This document shows, piece after piece, positions 24,790 through 38,353 of a stretch of 64,000 nucleotides of DNA. Numbering within the stretch: the stretch's first letter is position 1; every line of letters starts with the position of its first letter. Where the stretch lies: positions 26,846,001 to 26,910,000 of the forward strand of contig NC_042999.1 in the NCBI RefSeq assembly GCF_006345805.1, read 5' to 3'. The notes beneath the pieces were generated by a model. That model was not told where the DNA came from. It saw nothing but the letters and a program-made list of their open reading frames with translations, and did no database searches. The translations under genes and the position numbers were made by a program. Source of the DNA: Octopus sinensis. Taxonomy: Eukaryota.

Positions 24790-25920
24790 GCAGTGTGAAA
24801 ATGGGGAGATATCGGAATTTTCTCAGTATGTATGTTTACCAAGTTTTCATTACTCAGCAGGATACATAAGGTTTTCTCAAGGCAAAGGGCGCATGTGCTG
24901 GATATTGTATTACATGGAAGTACATTTTTTTTTTTATTATTGACCATTCCATTTGGTATTTGATTTTTGTTATCCTTCAATCTCCATATTATGTCTGCCA
25001 GTGAAGCCGCGTGTCATCTGTTTACCTATCAGAATGATGAGACATACCTTGAATACGTTTTCTGACGCACGTACATGTGTGTAATTTTGTTGCGATCCGG
25101 TGATTTGTATATTATGTTTTTTAATACATTGGTTCTTGAGAGGACATATGGATTTCATGCGGCAGGTACAGTTATTTGTACTATATTTATTTTCATATTT
25201 ACTTTGTGCATTTTTGTTTTTGTTTTTTCTGTGTTCTTTTTGATTGTCAGTGTCAAAAGCGTTCTTGATCTTGCATTCTTTTGTGCTGATCCAGCTTTGG
25301 GTTTTTGCTTGGATCTTATTGTAACTATCGGATGATAAATATTGCGTGCAATATTTTCGCTGTATACTTGTTGAATATACGATGCTATTTATGTATTGCA
25401 TGAAAGCACCTATTTAATGCATGATATTTGCAGTCCAAAAATTGGATTATACCATAGAACTACTGAATTTTTGTATCTTTTGCTTGGTTCCTTCAGCCTA
25501 TTTTGCGTATTGTCATTTTTTGTGTCTGTTTTCCTATTATTGTTATTCTTTTAGGTTATGCCTAATTCCCTCCCATCTTTCTGTTGTTTCTCGGGTTTTT
25601 GCGTTATTATTGCTATGCGTTTCTTATTGTGTTCTGTGCTTTGTGTCTATTCTAACTTATGTTTGTGCGTCTTAGTGCTATATGTGGCTTCGATATGTGC
25701 GAACTCGATTTTTACATTATACCTGGCCCTAGCTAGTGCTTCATTGTAGTAAGGTACATGCAGGTTGAATATTTCCTCTATGGCTGATAGTCGTGATATT
25801 CTGGTGGCTATGTTCCTAACTATTACTTTGGTTATAGATGGTGGATGGTTGGACTTTACATTTATGTATATTAGGCGCTCATTCGCTTTGTGGTATGGTT
25901 TGTACAGGCCTGTTTCTGCT
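24790..25920 (-). mobile_element. Penelope-like element, 3' part (RT thumb/linker + GIY-YIG endonuclease), decayed
   Basis: YKPYHKANERLIYINVKSNHPPSI..RISRLS..YNEAL, then CTCRMKSICPLKNQC and CALCLEK..IL. Confidence 0.85.
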
Positions 25921-26330
25921 CATGAACCAATGTGCCAAAAAATATAATGTACAAATGCACAATCACCACACTGCAACAAAAATACGCATACATACGTATC
26001 TCAGAAAACCAATTTAAGTTTCCTTATTGCATGTATGTCTCATCATTCAGATAGGTAAACAGACGACGCGCAACTTCACTGGGAGACCTAATATATAGAT
26101 TGAAGGATAAAAAATCAAATACTAAATGGAATGGTCAATAATAAGAAATGCACACTCATGTAATACGCAAACCAGCACATGCGGCCGTTGATTGAAACAG
26201 CTTTATGTATCCGGCTGAGTTATGAAAACTTAGTAGATAAGCAGGCTGAGAAAATTCGGAGATGTTCCCACCACGCCAAATACGCATTTTGAAGATAGAA
26301 CACTGTGGAATAATAATTATAAGAATTAGA
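25919..26330 (+). mobile_element. Inverted copy of the Penelope 3' end (inverted pseudo-LTR)
   Basis: 25919-26275 is the reverse complement (~80%) of 24800-25139 and abuts the 5'-truncation point of the element. Confidence 0.8.
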
Positions 26331-26663
26331 TTAAGAATAAGAATAAGAATAATTCTAGGAGTTACCCCCTCCCCTTTTCCACCCTAAATAAGTGTGTCTG
26401 TTCTTAACGGTGTATTTTTCTTTTTTTCTCTCTCTTTCTTTACATAAGTATGGTTGCCCGGCTGTATCTCTCTATCACCCCTCTCTCTTTTTCTCTTTGT
26501 ATATATGTATATACCTAACCTCTAGACCCAGCACTGTCAAATAATAATATTATGAATAATAACTAATAAATAATTCAGGAAAATTCCCAGTTGGATTGTG
26601 CTTGTCTCCCTATTCATATGTATGGATGGTCCGTCACGTGTCTACAATCTATGAAAGTATCCA

Positions 26664-26732
<69 letters not shown>

Positions 26733-26890
26733 TATGTATGTATTTATAAATTTATACCGATGCATGTGTGCATATGTGTACGTATGTATATCCGTATGTG
26801 TGTACATATATTAATGTAGGTGTTTACATAAATACCCATATACTTATATTTATGTGCGTGCGACTAGGATTATATCCGTATATATATATA

Positions 26891-26922
<32 letters not shown>

Positions 26923-27242
26923 GCATTGTTATATTTCGGAATGGTCATTTTGCCAGTTTAGCCAATAAAAACACACGCACTATATATTTGGTGTTATTTT
27001 GCTTCAGTGTTATTTATTTTTTACATTAAGCTTAATCTTATTCCGAAATATAACAATATCTGTTTCAACACACGACTTCACATAAAAAAAATCTTGTACA
27101 ACAAATATATATATATACATATATATATATGTATATAATCATGTCTATATATATGTGTATATCTGTAAGAATTTAAGTTATAATATTATTATTTCTAAAT
27201 GGCTCAAAGAGAGATAGTCAGTAACAGCTCTTTAAAGTAAAG

Positions 27243-27503
27243 GCTATTTGCCAACCTAATGTGGGTGTCTCGAAATAGAGGATGTCACTGTTATTTTAGC
27301 CCCAAGAAACCTCGTTTCTAGCTGGCTGTACGACACACTATCTGTGTCCTTATACTTCCGAAGAGAGAGATCTGATTTCCCTGTTAGAAAATATTACGAT
27401 ACAAATAGTGTGTCGTTTAGCCAGCTAGTAACGAAGTTTGTTGGGGCTAAAACAACAGTAGCATCGTCCTTTTCGGGACAGCCACATCATGTTGGTAAAT
27501 AGC
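27243..27503. mobile_element. MITE-like foldback with ~105-bp arms
   Basis: 27243-27348 vs 27398-27503 inverted, ~80% identical (gctatttgccaac..ttttagccccaa..ctagctggct..cgacacacta). Confidence 0.82.
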
Positions 27504-27635
27504 GTTTATTACATTATGCGTATACGTGTATCTACGTATGAATTTGTATAAGAATATATATATTTACATCCATGGGATTGATCGTGTTAGCGTAAGCAAG
27601 CTAGATTGGAGATAAGTAGAGAGATATATACCTCA

Positions 27636-27671
<36 letters not shown>

Positions 27672-27673
<2 letters not shown>

Positions 27674-27932
27674 ATACTAAGTAATTAAGGGTTTAGCAAC
27701 GAATTGCCTCACCAACACACCGAATTTAGAAATAGCAGTCAAAGAGGTATAGCTATTCCTTCTACTAAAAGGGGGATCTCAGTAAAAACACACCACTTGA
27801 AAGGCAAGTGCTGTGTTTTTACTGAGATCCCCCTTTTAGTAGAAGGAATAGCTATATCTCTTTGACTGCTATTTCTAAATTCGGTGTGTTGGTGAGGCAA
27901 TTCGTTGCTAAACCCTTAATTACTTAGTATTA
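27672..27932. repeat. Near-perfect 261-bp palindrome
   Basis: 128-bp arms, only two mismatches seen, 5-nt loop AAAGG; (AT)n on the left. Confidence 0.95.
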
Positions 27933-28027
27933 CTTAAATTTTCCTCGAATGGGGCTTTTACATGCCGAAATCTACTTGGTGTAATTGATAATTATTCCAA
28001 ATTAATTAATTTCACCCTTTATTGTTA

Positions 28028-28029
<2 letters not shown>

Positions 28030-28095
<66 letters not shown>

Positions 28096-28110
28096 TATAT
28101 AGATAGATAT

Positions 28111-28195
<85 letters not shown>

Positions 28196-28200
28196 TGTGT
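28030..28200. repeat. (AT)n-(GATA)n compound microsatellite
   Basis: Direct reading. Confidence 0.95.
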
Positions 28201-28464
28201 ATGTATGTGAGAGACAGTAAGAGAGTGTATATATACGCTCGTCGCCATATGTATGTGCAAGGCATTGTGGTAGATTTACTTACCTATGTGTAAGTATGTG
28301 AATATTATATATACCCACAAATGCGAGAAGGTATATGCATAGGTGCTTAAGTGTATATGTCAATCAGTGTATGTATATATGTATGCACACACACACGCAC
28401 ACACACAAACGCACAAATACACACACGCGCGCACACACACACGCGCGCGCACACACGCGTACAG

Positions 28465-28496
<32 letters not shown>

Positions 28497-28544
28497 GTAT
28501 GTATGCATGTATGCATGTATGTATAAATAGTTGCCTATAGAAAG

Positions 28545-28675
28545 TCCGATAGAAGAAGTACTATGCATACAAAGAAATAAGCCTGGGGTTGATTTGTTCG
28601 AGTAAAACCCTTTAAGGCGGTGCTCCAGCATATCAGCATGTCTTAAACAATTAAAAGAGTAAAAGAATAAAAGTA
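28545..28675 (+). mobile_element. SINE family A 3' fragment
   Basis: ccgatagaa..ggggttgatttgttcga..ggcggtgctccagcat..taaaagagtaaaagaa. Confidence 0.75.
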
Positions 28676-28789
28676 TAGTTACACAATGTTTATTGCAAAA
28701 TTTACCGCACTTACATATATATTTCATAACATCAATATATTATCAAATATATGCACGTATATACCTGACTATAAGGATATGGTGCAAGG

Positions 28790-28910
28790 ATAAAAAAATT
28801 AACGAGAAAACACAATAAAAGACAAGGAAACGAAGTGTATTAGGCTGACACTCAAGAAAATTGGAAAACATTGAAAGATTTGAGCTTAAGATTTTCTACT
28901 GAAAGGATTA
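28790..28910 (-). mobile_element. Decayed relative of the hammerhead-bearing ~190-bp element
   Basis: Minus strand ccttt-CAGTAGAAAATCTTAAGCTCAAATCTT aligns to ccttt-CTGTAGAAGAGCGTAGGCTCGAAACGT; flanks are loosely similar. Confidence 0.45.
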
Positions 28911-29955
28911 GCTGATGATAGAAAAACGATGGAGAGTAAAGGAGAAACGTCAAAGTGTCACCGCATACTGGAATGACTTGAGGCGTGTGCAAGAAGGGAG
29001 CCAAGAGTTTCGTAGTAAACGTACGTGGAAAAGCAGGCACGAGTGTGTGCATAATGCTAAGTGGTGCTTGTGCCTGTGCGTATGGGTGCGCTCACGTATG
29101 TGAATGAATAAACACCTGTGTGTATGGATGAGCTATTGTGTACGTGCTTGAGTGTATACTGTGTGCATTTAGTGAGTGCGAGTGTATACATATCCCAGTT
29201 TACATTTGGCCTATGTGTATTAGACTATCGGACAAAGTAAATGTGCGTGTCTGTGTATATACAAGTACATCTTCTGTTTCTTTGTCGGTATGTATGCGTG
29301 TGCATGGAAGCGTGTTTGTGTGTGTCTGAGTCTATCTGATGAAACTCATAACAGTTATATAAACTTTGAAATTACAAGTAGCTATATCAACACTAACTGA
29401 CTGGAAATTGGTAAGTGAAACACTGAAATGTATTGACCTGGAAAGCTATCAGGGTGTGGCGTTATTATCATTGTGAAAGCAAAAGTCTCATCCTCTTAAT
29501 TTGGAAGATATAAATTTATAAGACACCAAAACAAGAAATGTAATAGAAGACAGGAAAAGTAAGCTAAACAATGCTCGGCATGTTCACATACAAAATCCTT
29601 TCTGGGTAATGAAGAAATCACACAACACATCAAAATGAATACAACGAAAAACAGCGAAATTAAATTATCAATTCATAACCTCATTGATATAGAATTCAAC
29701 CGGACCAGGGAGAATATATGGCTTTCAAATTTATGGCAGTCGATTTTGAGTGACTGCAAAAGAAACGGTGGACGTCTCTGAACAAGACTAAGAGTTGATT
29801 TAGATATATTTGTCAGAAATTAGAGACGAAGTGACAACACTAAAAGTCATAACAAGAAAAGAAGGGACAGGGATAACTCAATGATAAAATTTATGTATAT
29901 ACATACACATAGACAAACAGTAGATGTCACTTAAATACACACACACACACACACA

Positions 29956-29996
<41 letters not shown>

Positions 29997-30004
29997 CACA
30001 TGCA

Positions 30005-30165
30005 GCCGAGTGGTTATGTGGTAAGAAGCTGCTTCCCAATCACGTGGATCCGGGTTCAGTCTCACTACGTGACACTTTGGACGAGTGTTTCTACTATAGC
30101 CTCGGTCGAACAAAAGACTTGTGAGTGGATTTTGTAGAATGAAACTAAAAGAAGCCCGCCGTATA
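30005..30165 (+). mobile_element. SINE family A 5' half, diverged
   Basis: gagtggttatgtggtaagaagc..gggttcagtc..ctactatagcctcgg..gtgagtggatt..aagaagcccg. Confidence 0.8.
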
Positions 30166-30204
30166 CACACACGCACACACCCACCCATATATATATATAC
30201 ACAC

Positions 30205-30256
<52 letters not shown>

Positions 30257-30369
30257 CATATATATATACTTATAAAGATAGATATATAGACACACAGATA
30301 AGTAATATATATATATGTATATACGTATATATGTATACCTATCTATCTATTTATCCATCTATCTATCAA

Positions 30370-30406
<37 letters not shown>

Positions 30407-30444
30407 AGATAGAAAGATATACTCATAATAATAATATATATATA

Positions 30445-30495
<51 letters not shown>

Positions 30496-31970
30496 TGTGG
30501 AGACGTTCTATGAAATGTAATTGTCAAAACATTTAAATGGAAAAGAGAAAAGGAGCATCGCGGGACTCTGGAAAAACGAAGAACAAAAGCAGCATGAAAT
30601 GAATGCAGGATTTGAATCAATGCATATATTCTTTGTTACGTCTTGTTTTTGTGTTTTTTTGCCTCTATTCTATCTTTGTTCGATCTATTTTCAGACATTA
30701 ACGTTTATAAATCCATGATGGTGTAGATAGTATCAACTGAGAAACCTGAGGCATTTTCATTTCAATTCATTGATCGCTGGAATTGTAATACAGCACAAAA
30801 CTGTTGCCGTCCGTATCATTTCGGTATATTTTGCATGGAGATATTTTATTTTTATAAATTTTGATATTTTTGTCGTAAAACACATTCATTGGTCCATAGT
30901 ATGATACGTAATATTGTTCGCATGTGTGTCTACAAATGTAACATTATATCTACATGTATATATATATATATATATATATAGACATAACTATAGAAGTATT
31001 GCTACAATTATACACACGAATACGAACATATATATACATATATATATATGCACATATATATATATATATATGTATATACATATATATTTACATACAAATA
31101 TACTCATATAAGTGTCCAACGAACAGGAATGTGAAACTCTAAGTAACAATTTTTGGGGATATTTCAGCTGCTTTTAAATAAAGTATATGCATACTTTATG
31201 GTGGTGATGGTGGTGGTGGTGGAGGTGGCGGTGGTGATCGGATAGTGAAGGGTGTATTTTCGGACAGTGAAACGTATATTGATTTTTATATCACCTATCA
31301 ATTAACGGATGCACAAAAGTGCAATTCTGTGAAATATTCACGCTTATTTACGTGGTAGATATATGCAATTTAACTAAAGGTTCTATCATATGTACGGGAT
31401 GTATTTCTTTGCATGGCTACGGGAAAAATGAAAAAAAAAATAGAGTAAATATTTATTTTATGAGTGCTGTGTATTAAGTCTATAAAATTGTGCATAAAGT
31501 ATATAATGTGTATATATAAAGTGCCCTAAGTATTCATCGTATTCCAGTTTCTTCCAGTTTCCAATCAATAGCTGATGAGCGACTAACAAGGCAGGCTAAG
31601 CTTTCAGGTTTCTTGGATAAGTTTTCAGAAATAACCCAATAAGATTAACATTAATTCGCTGAAATAATCACTGGCCCCAGGTAGTATAGTATTAAATTTC
31701 TTGACTTCTTGTCAATATTATTCAACAATTACTTAAGGTTGATGGCTAAAAGTAGATGACCTAGTGCTATAAAAATTCCACATTCATCAAATTCCTTCCT
31801 ATTTATTCGCTTTTTGCGGCAGTTTGTTTTGTCTTTGAAGTTGAGAGCTTTGTATAGTGGTTCTCTATATTTCCAATCGATAGATAAGATTGAAGTATGA
31901 ATGCACCGAAAAGCATATCGGAAATAACTGCTAGGCTAAAAAAGTTCAGTAGATGTCTATAGCACATTAT

Positions 31971-32110
31971 TCGTGGTTAAGGTGTTGCCCTCACGAGTGC
32001 GAGGTCGTGGGTTCGATTTCTTGACCGGGAGTTGCGTTGTGTTCTGGAGCAAAAAGTACTTCTTTTCACGTTGTTCTACAATCCTTTCGTCATCTGACAT
32101 GTGGCTCCTC
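31971..32110 (+). mobile_element. tRNA-derived SINE head, diverged
   Basis: gtggttaagg..GGTTCGATTTC B-box followed by ttgtgttctggagcaaaa, as in the 53142 element. Confidence 0.6.
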
Positions 32111-32934
32111 CAATACATCTACATATGATAAGAGATGCATATTTTGGCAAGAAACCAAGATAGTCGTACTAGTGATTGAAGGACAGGAGAACTTAAGAGT
32201 TTCAAATGCACATAAAGTTAAATTTGGAGAATGATCTTTCGAGTGTTCATTGCGCTGCTTGTTAAATAACACCCATTCTGTAAAGCGTAAAGTTCTCTGC
32301 ACTCTATCAAAATCGTATTACGCCTACATAACTGTTTCATGGCTAAATTCAAATGGGTGATTTTCAATATCTATATTTATGTATATGAATAAATATATAT
32401 GTATATCTATTGTAGATATATATGCTGTATATTTTACATCTACTTACGCGCTTGATCACAATACATTATATAGCATTAGATTTCTGCATTGGTACATTTT
32501 ATATGCATAACATTTATTTTCGTATGCTATTTTCATTTTCATAAAATGAGTTTTAATGCTTTCCACCTACACAGGAAAGAGCGAAACATGAATCCACGCT
32601 GTTAAGTATTGGCATGGGATATGTACTTAAGTATATGTCATATCAACTTACAATAATTTCTACACAATTGACGGTAAAAAGACAATTTTCATGAATGTAT
32701 GCATAAAATACTAACATGCACGAAAGACTATTGAAGCAATTTGTTTTGACACTCATTGTGAAATAGATATTGTATCTCTACAAGTTCCACATCTTAGAGA
32801 AATTAGCAACCAACAAAATGAATTTCTATTAGGTTAAATGCAGCTCTCGCACACATGCGTTTTCCATCTATAATAATTACGGAAATTAATATGCAATGAG
32901 GAATATGTTCTACATAATTATAAAATTAATAACA

Positions 32935-33013
32935 ATAATTGTAATAAAAATAGTAGTAGTAGTAGTAGTAGCATCAGCATTAGTAGTAGTAGTAGTAGTA
33001 GTAGTAGTAGCAA

Positions 33014-33046
<33 letters not shown>

Positions 33047-33066
33047 TAGTCGCAGCAGCAGCAGTG

Positions 33067-33097
<31 letters not shown>

Positions 33098-33139
33098 CAG
33101 CAGCAGTAGTAGTAGTGGTAGTAGTAATAGTAGTAGTAT

Positions 33140-33172
<33 letters not shown>

Positions 33173-33186
33173 CAGTAGTAGTAGTA
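32935..33186. repeat. (GTA)n/(GCA)n trinucleotide array, probable tail of the adjacent repeat
   Basis: Direct reading. Confidence 0.95.
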
Positions 33187-33655
33187 CATGATGCAATACC
33201 AGGCAATGGCTCTCATGGATTCTCATCTTAACTGATTGGACGTGTTATAAAGTACATGTTTTGTCTTCGTTCTTCTGATGACCTAGAGCAAACATTCTAC
33301 TCAGCAACACAGATTTACTTGTCAGTTGTTTGACCTTAACCAGTTGAGGATTCTCTTGATGGCTGACAATTTCTGCATCTCTGATTACGAGCAAGGGAAA
33401 TCGGGGGAGCATCATCAAAGCCATGTGTTCAGAGGAATTCTTTGGAATCTGAAAATTCACGGATGGGAACATGGGTGTTTCTTTCAAAATCCTTAAACAA
33501 CCCTTATTCAGGGGAACTTTTGAGTAAGATGGGCGACTCGACCTGAAGAAAGTTCTAACTGGGCCCAAAATGCATGGTCATGCGCTGTTTATCTTGATAT
33601 GAAATCACCATGACCAACGCATGTGATTGTGATGCATGTGCCTGGTGAGCCCTTA
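33187..33655 (-). mobile_element. Unclassified interspersed retro-type repeat (family D), copy 1
   Basis: Aligns (~75-80%) to 43396-43790; trinucleotide tail at the low-coordinate end. Strand is inferred from the tail. Confidence 0.7.
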
Positions 33656-33673
33656 ATAATAATAATAATAATG

Positions 33674-33718
<45 letters not shown>

Positions 33719-33757
33719 GTAACAATAACAATAAATAATATTGACGATGTTGATGAA

Positions 33758-33793
<36 letters not shown>

Positions 33794-33839
33794 AGATAAA
33801 TAGATAGATAGGTAGGTAGGTAGGTAGATAGATAGATAA

Positions 33840-33874
<35 letters not shown>

Positions 33875-33875
33875 T

Positions 33876-33911
<36 letters not shown>

Positions 33912-33933
33912 GTAGGTAAATAGATAGGTAGAT

Positions 33934-33975
<42 letters not shown>

Positions 33976-34058
33976 GGATAGATAGATACAGATAGATAGA
34001 TAGGTAGATATATATATATAGATAGATAGATATATAGGTAGGTAGGTAGGTAGGTAGG

Positions 34059-34112
<54 letters not shown>

Positions 34113-34150
34113 AAGGGAGATAGAGAGATAGATAGATAGATGGATAGAAA
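33656..34150. repeat. Compound microsatellite (AAT)n-(GAT)n-(GATA)n-(GA)n
   Basis: Direct reading; source of the 199/202-aa YLSI ORFs. Confidence 0.95.
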
Positions 34151-34209
34151 GAAAGTGAGGCATATTGATGGATCCTAGGCTGTGTCACTACACTGAAAAT
34201 ATCTAAGAA

Positions 34210-34900
34210 TGTTGTACATTAATTACAAAGCAACATGCCCGCATGGAGAGATAGACCAAGATGAGTTAGGTGACGTGAGCCTCAGTAGGGGAACATACCA
34301 AGCTGATAGACTCGCACCAGTGCTGCTTGTGGTTGCTCTTATCTGTCTTACACTGAGCTTAAAAGTATCTAAATCATGCATTTAGTAGTGGTGAAAAAAA
34401 TAAACCCTTCTTTTTAATGGATGACCTGAAATTATTTGCCAAATGTGAGAAATCTCTCGATTCACTGTTTATTTCTGTTAGAATCGTGAATGATGGCATT
34501 CAAATATTGTTTGGAAATGTATTAAAAAGTTGTGAAGAAATAAGCGCAGGAGTGGCTGTGTGGTAAGTAGCATGCTTACTAGCCACATGGTTCCGGGTTC
34601 AGTGCTAGCAATAAGGCGAGAAAAATATCCAAATGAGAAGAGATTACACTCCCAGATGAGACAACGATGCAGACAATAAATGAATGTAGCATTTATAAGT
34701 ACCTAGGTGCATTGGAAGCAGGTAGAATTTTCTGTCAAGAAATGAAAGTGAAGGTGAGAAATCAATATCTCAGGGGAGTAAAATGTTGCTAAGATTGAAA
34801 CTGAATGGAGAGGAAAGTACATCTGCAGTAAACATATGGGCAATCTCTCTAATATGATATTCTGTTGCTTTCCTGAACTGTGATAAGAAAGCCCTCTAAG
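34210..34900 (+). mobile_element. R4/Dong-clade LINE RT fragment, decayed
   Basis: SRGTYQADRLAPVLLVVAL, MDDLKLFAK, IYKYLGALE, EMKVKVRNQYLR, AVNIWAIS. Confidence 0.8.
34516..34603 (+). other. 88-bp insert: SINE-A head plus ~28 bp of flank shared with 38326-38412
   Basis: aatgtattaaaaag(t/a)tgtgaagaaataagcgcaggagtggct occurs at both loci; no tail and no TSD. Confidence 0.8.
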
Positions 34901-35059
34901 AGACATGTATCGTAAAATTTAGAAGAGAGAGAGAGAGTGAGTTAGTGAGTGAGAGAGAGAGATAGACGTTGTCAGCATATACTAACATCTTTGTTAAACG
35001 AACAACCAAGACATTTTGAGGCTATAGGCAAAATATGAATCGTCTTTGGTGTAATTATG

Positions 35060-35960
35060 ACATAAATTATTTTACAAAGATTAGCACCGAACTAGCAATC
35101 GTAAAATTGTCCATAAATATTCAGCAAAGACATAAAGGTGAACATGGGATTAGACATATGTGCCAAAGCTAACTCAAGAAGTAACAAATTATCTAGTAAT
35201 CAAGATGTTACAGAAAACATAGAAAATGAAACGGTAGAATTTAATCAAAATCACACGTACAACGACCGAGGAATCGACAAGGAAATCGAAAATGTAATAC
35301 ACAGAAATGAAAGAGAAAATTAGCAGGGAACATTATAAATTGATGATAAAAACTGGATCCAATGTCGGAAATGAGATAATCGTTACAAATAACACCTAAA
35401 AATTACTGATTCACTGAAACAAAATGTAGGCTATGTGAAATGAGTAACTTTAACAGAAAGAGAAAGAAGAGGAAACATCTGTTAATGCACCGAAACCAAC
35501 ACTCCGAAGCAAATATGCATGGAGTAAAACCTACCCAGTACACGAATGTACTTAGCCTGGTAATATAGAAAACTCATCAAAGTAAGTGGAAAACTGATAA
35601 ATATATTAAGAATTTACAGACAAAAAATCGTATACACTGGAACAATAAATTTATATGATACAACATAGATGGTTAAAAAGACAATAGAAGTTCATTAAAA
35701 GAGAATTAGGAAAATAAAGATGAAATGAAGCTGAGGACCAATCCACGTTTAATAAGCAATAACTTGAAAGACACTCCAAGAAAATTAGACAATGACAAAG
35801 CCAACAACAGCACAAAAGCTTTGAACTCAAAGCAGAATTGAAAGGACTTAGTCAAGATTACTGGATCATTATCTGGCTACAAATAATTATAAGAACTAAT
35901 TAATAAAAACAAAACCTAAGACAACTTGCAAATCAGCACAATGAAAAACCTGACCTTTCC
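35060..35960 (+). mobile_element. Older R4/Dong-clade LINE RT remnant
   Basis: SKDIKVNMGLDICAKA, MKEKISREHY and LKAELKGL-like pieces with many frameshifts. Confidence 0.6.
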
Positions 35961-36565
35961 ATCTCAGGCTGTCCAATCCTTGCCAAGTTTCTATATATAT
36001 GTATAGACAATTAGTAATATAAATATATTCCAAACAGAGTGCATGGCAACAGCTAGGTTACAGTCATGTGGGAAACTGACAAATTGAACAAGGGAAACCA
36101 TTAGAAAATATTAAGGAAGAATTTGGAAAAGAGATGCACTCTGGTAGATATGTCTTTATACCGCTATAGTTGTCGTATGTCAGGGTGTCGCCGTAACTTT
36201 AACCATTAAAATTAACGATGAGGTTACAATTTAAATCTTATTGTTCATGTATAAACGAGCATTACAGTATCACGCTTAGTATCCTCCATTTCACCCTGCG
36301 AAAGTAAAGGCCCATATAAAACTAAATGAAAAAAGAAATGACATTGTATCACAAACAACTAACGTGTTTTGAGCTGAATAGAAGTACACCTGTCGCAGAG
36401 CTATAAAATGTATGACTATTGTTTAAAACTTTGGCATAAAGGCCGCAAATTTAAAAGAAAGTGATTAGGAAGCAAATTTAAAGGTTCCTTCGGTTAAACT
36501 ACGCACCAAATTTTTTTTATTTGTGGTTACTGTCTAATTAAGGAATTAAGAAACATTTATATTTG

Positions 36566-36749
36566 TAAGCTCTTCAATAACACACAAAAACCATTAAATT
36601 CACTTTAACATTTAATTTGCATTTGTGTCAAAATACGTTCGTCGCTCTGAAACCGCCACCTGTGTCAAAGCGATGAAAATATTTTGAAACAAATGAAAAT
36701 TAAATGTTGAAGTGAAACAAACGGGTTTTGTGTGATTTTTAATGGCTTA
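36566..36749. mobile_element. TA-flanked MITE-like foldback
   Basis: 36567-36636 vs 36680-36748 inverted (~78%); TA at both ends; the centre also pairs (tcgtcgct/agcgatga). Confidence 0.75.
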
Positions 36750-37107
36750 CAAATATCTTCCACGCTGCAATTGTTTTTGTTTCAGCACACACTATCAGAT
36801 CCAATCACTTGCCTTGCAAGTACAACTCCGTAATACTTTATATGTTAATTGGGAATATTTGGTTATCAAATTTATTCATGAAATAGCAATTAATGTAATT
36901 TCTATGCCAATCACTAAACGTAAGACTTTTTAATTAAAGATCTCATTTTTACAATGCAAGTTTCATACATCGACGTAGTTAAGATAATAGATCCCGGTTA
37001 CAAGACTAATAGCAACATCTTCAAATCAATGATTTGTGATACATTCAAATTAATAGATACAGATATGCTGATCCTGAAGTCTAAATATGATATCCCCAGT
37101 TCAATTC

Positions 37108-37218
<111 letters not shown>

Positions 37219-37558
37219 AGTTAGAAATAATGGTTATTACATGTTTTTCATTTATTGCAGTAAATCTGGCTTCTAGTTGTTTCCAGTAGTCATTATCGGT
37301 ACACTACTGATAAGTGTACTCAATTGGTCTATTAATCAACTGAGGAAGATTAACTTCTTTCTTGTATATCATTCTGTGTAAAATCAAGTTTGCCTGGTGC
37401 CCATCCACGGATTTACAATGTGATGAACTATAATCTTGGAACATACCACAATGTTGCCTGGAGTTCTTCATTAATCCAAGTAATATGTTTAGCCTGGTAT
37501 GCCAACAGACAACTGATGAAGTATCTTGGCAGGATTGATAATCCCATACTATTTATTG

Positions 37559-37592
<34 letters not shown>

Positions 37593-37639
37593 ATATATAT
37601 ACATAATGATGAAAGAACACTTTTCATCTTCAAACCAAA

Positions 37640-38142
37640 GACGGTGGTTTTTATTCTAGTGCTGAATTGAATGACTAGTTGATGATTGATAAAATCCAAG
37701 CTTCTCTGCTAGTCCCTCGACAGTTACGATGGGATTTGTTCCACCAGGATTTGCAGGGCGTCCTCTACATATCTTCCAGAGCGAGGCTCGTCTTCTAGGT
37801 TATAGTTTTCAGCTCGGCCTCTCTTGAACCACTGCTGGCATTGGCTTATGCTTATTGTCCGATCCACATATACTGCATTAATTAATATTCCTCGCACTTT
37901 CTGTTGCGTTGTGGTCTTTATTGAACTCATAAAGCAAAATATGCCGAATAAGCTTCTTTGTCACTTCCATTATAGCTTTGAAAAATGCGACTGTTAAACT
38001 CTAACCGAGCACTTCAAAACTTGCACTAAGAATAAGCTCAAGGTAAAATTACTACCTGTAAAAGCAGGTAGTAATTTCCCGCCCCACTCCGAAGTTTAGT
38101 TCATGCAATTGAAAAATCAGCGTTATTTATGGAATGATCCAA
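37640..38142 (-). mobile_element. mariner-family transposon 5' fragment (TIR + N-terminal HTH)
   Basis: TA+TTGGATCATTCCATAAATAA end; MEVTK..IRHILLYEFNK, VYVDRTIS..CQQWFKR..NYNLEDEPRSGR. Confidence 0.82.
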
Positions 38143-38353
38143 TATTAAGGCCTAGAGACATTTACAATGTTGCTTTTTACAGAGCATAGGCGCAGGAGTT
38201 CGCTTTGGATTCCTAGCTGACAATTTCGCTATGTGACATCAGGATTTAAGATGCAATCACAAAGCATAGAAGGATATACAGTTGTCTTCTGCCATAGCGT
38301 CGAATCAGACTAATACATATGAAGTAATGTATTAAAAAGATGTGAAGAAATAA

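Noticed and set aside
29325-29350. tgagtc-tat-CTGATGAAA-ctca as a type-III hammerhead
   Set aside because: Stem II and stem I are absent; likely chance.
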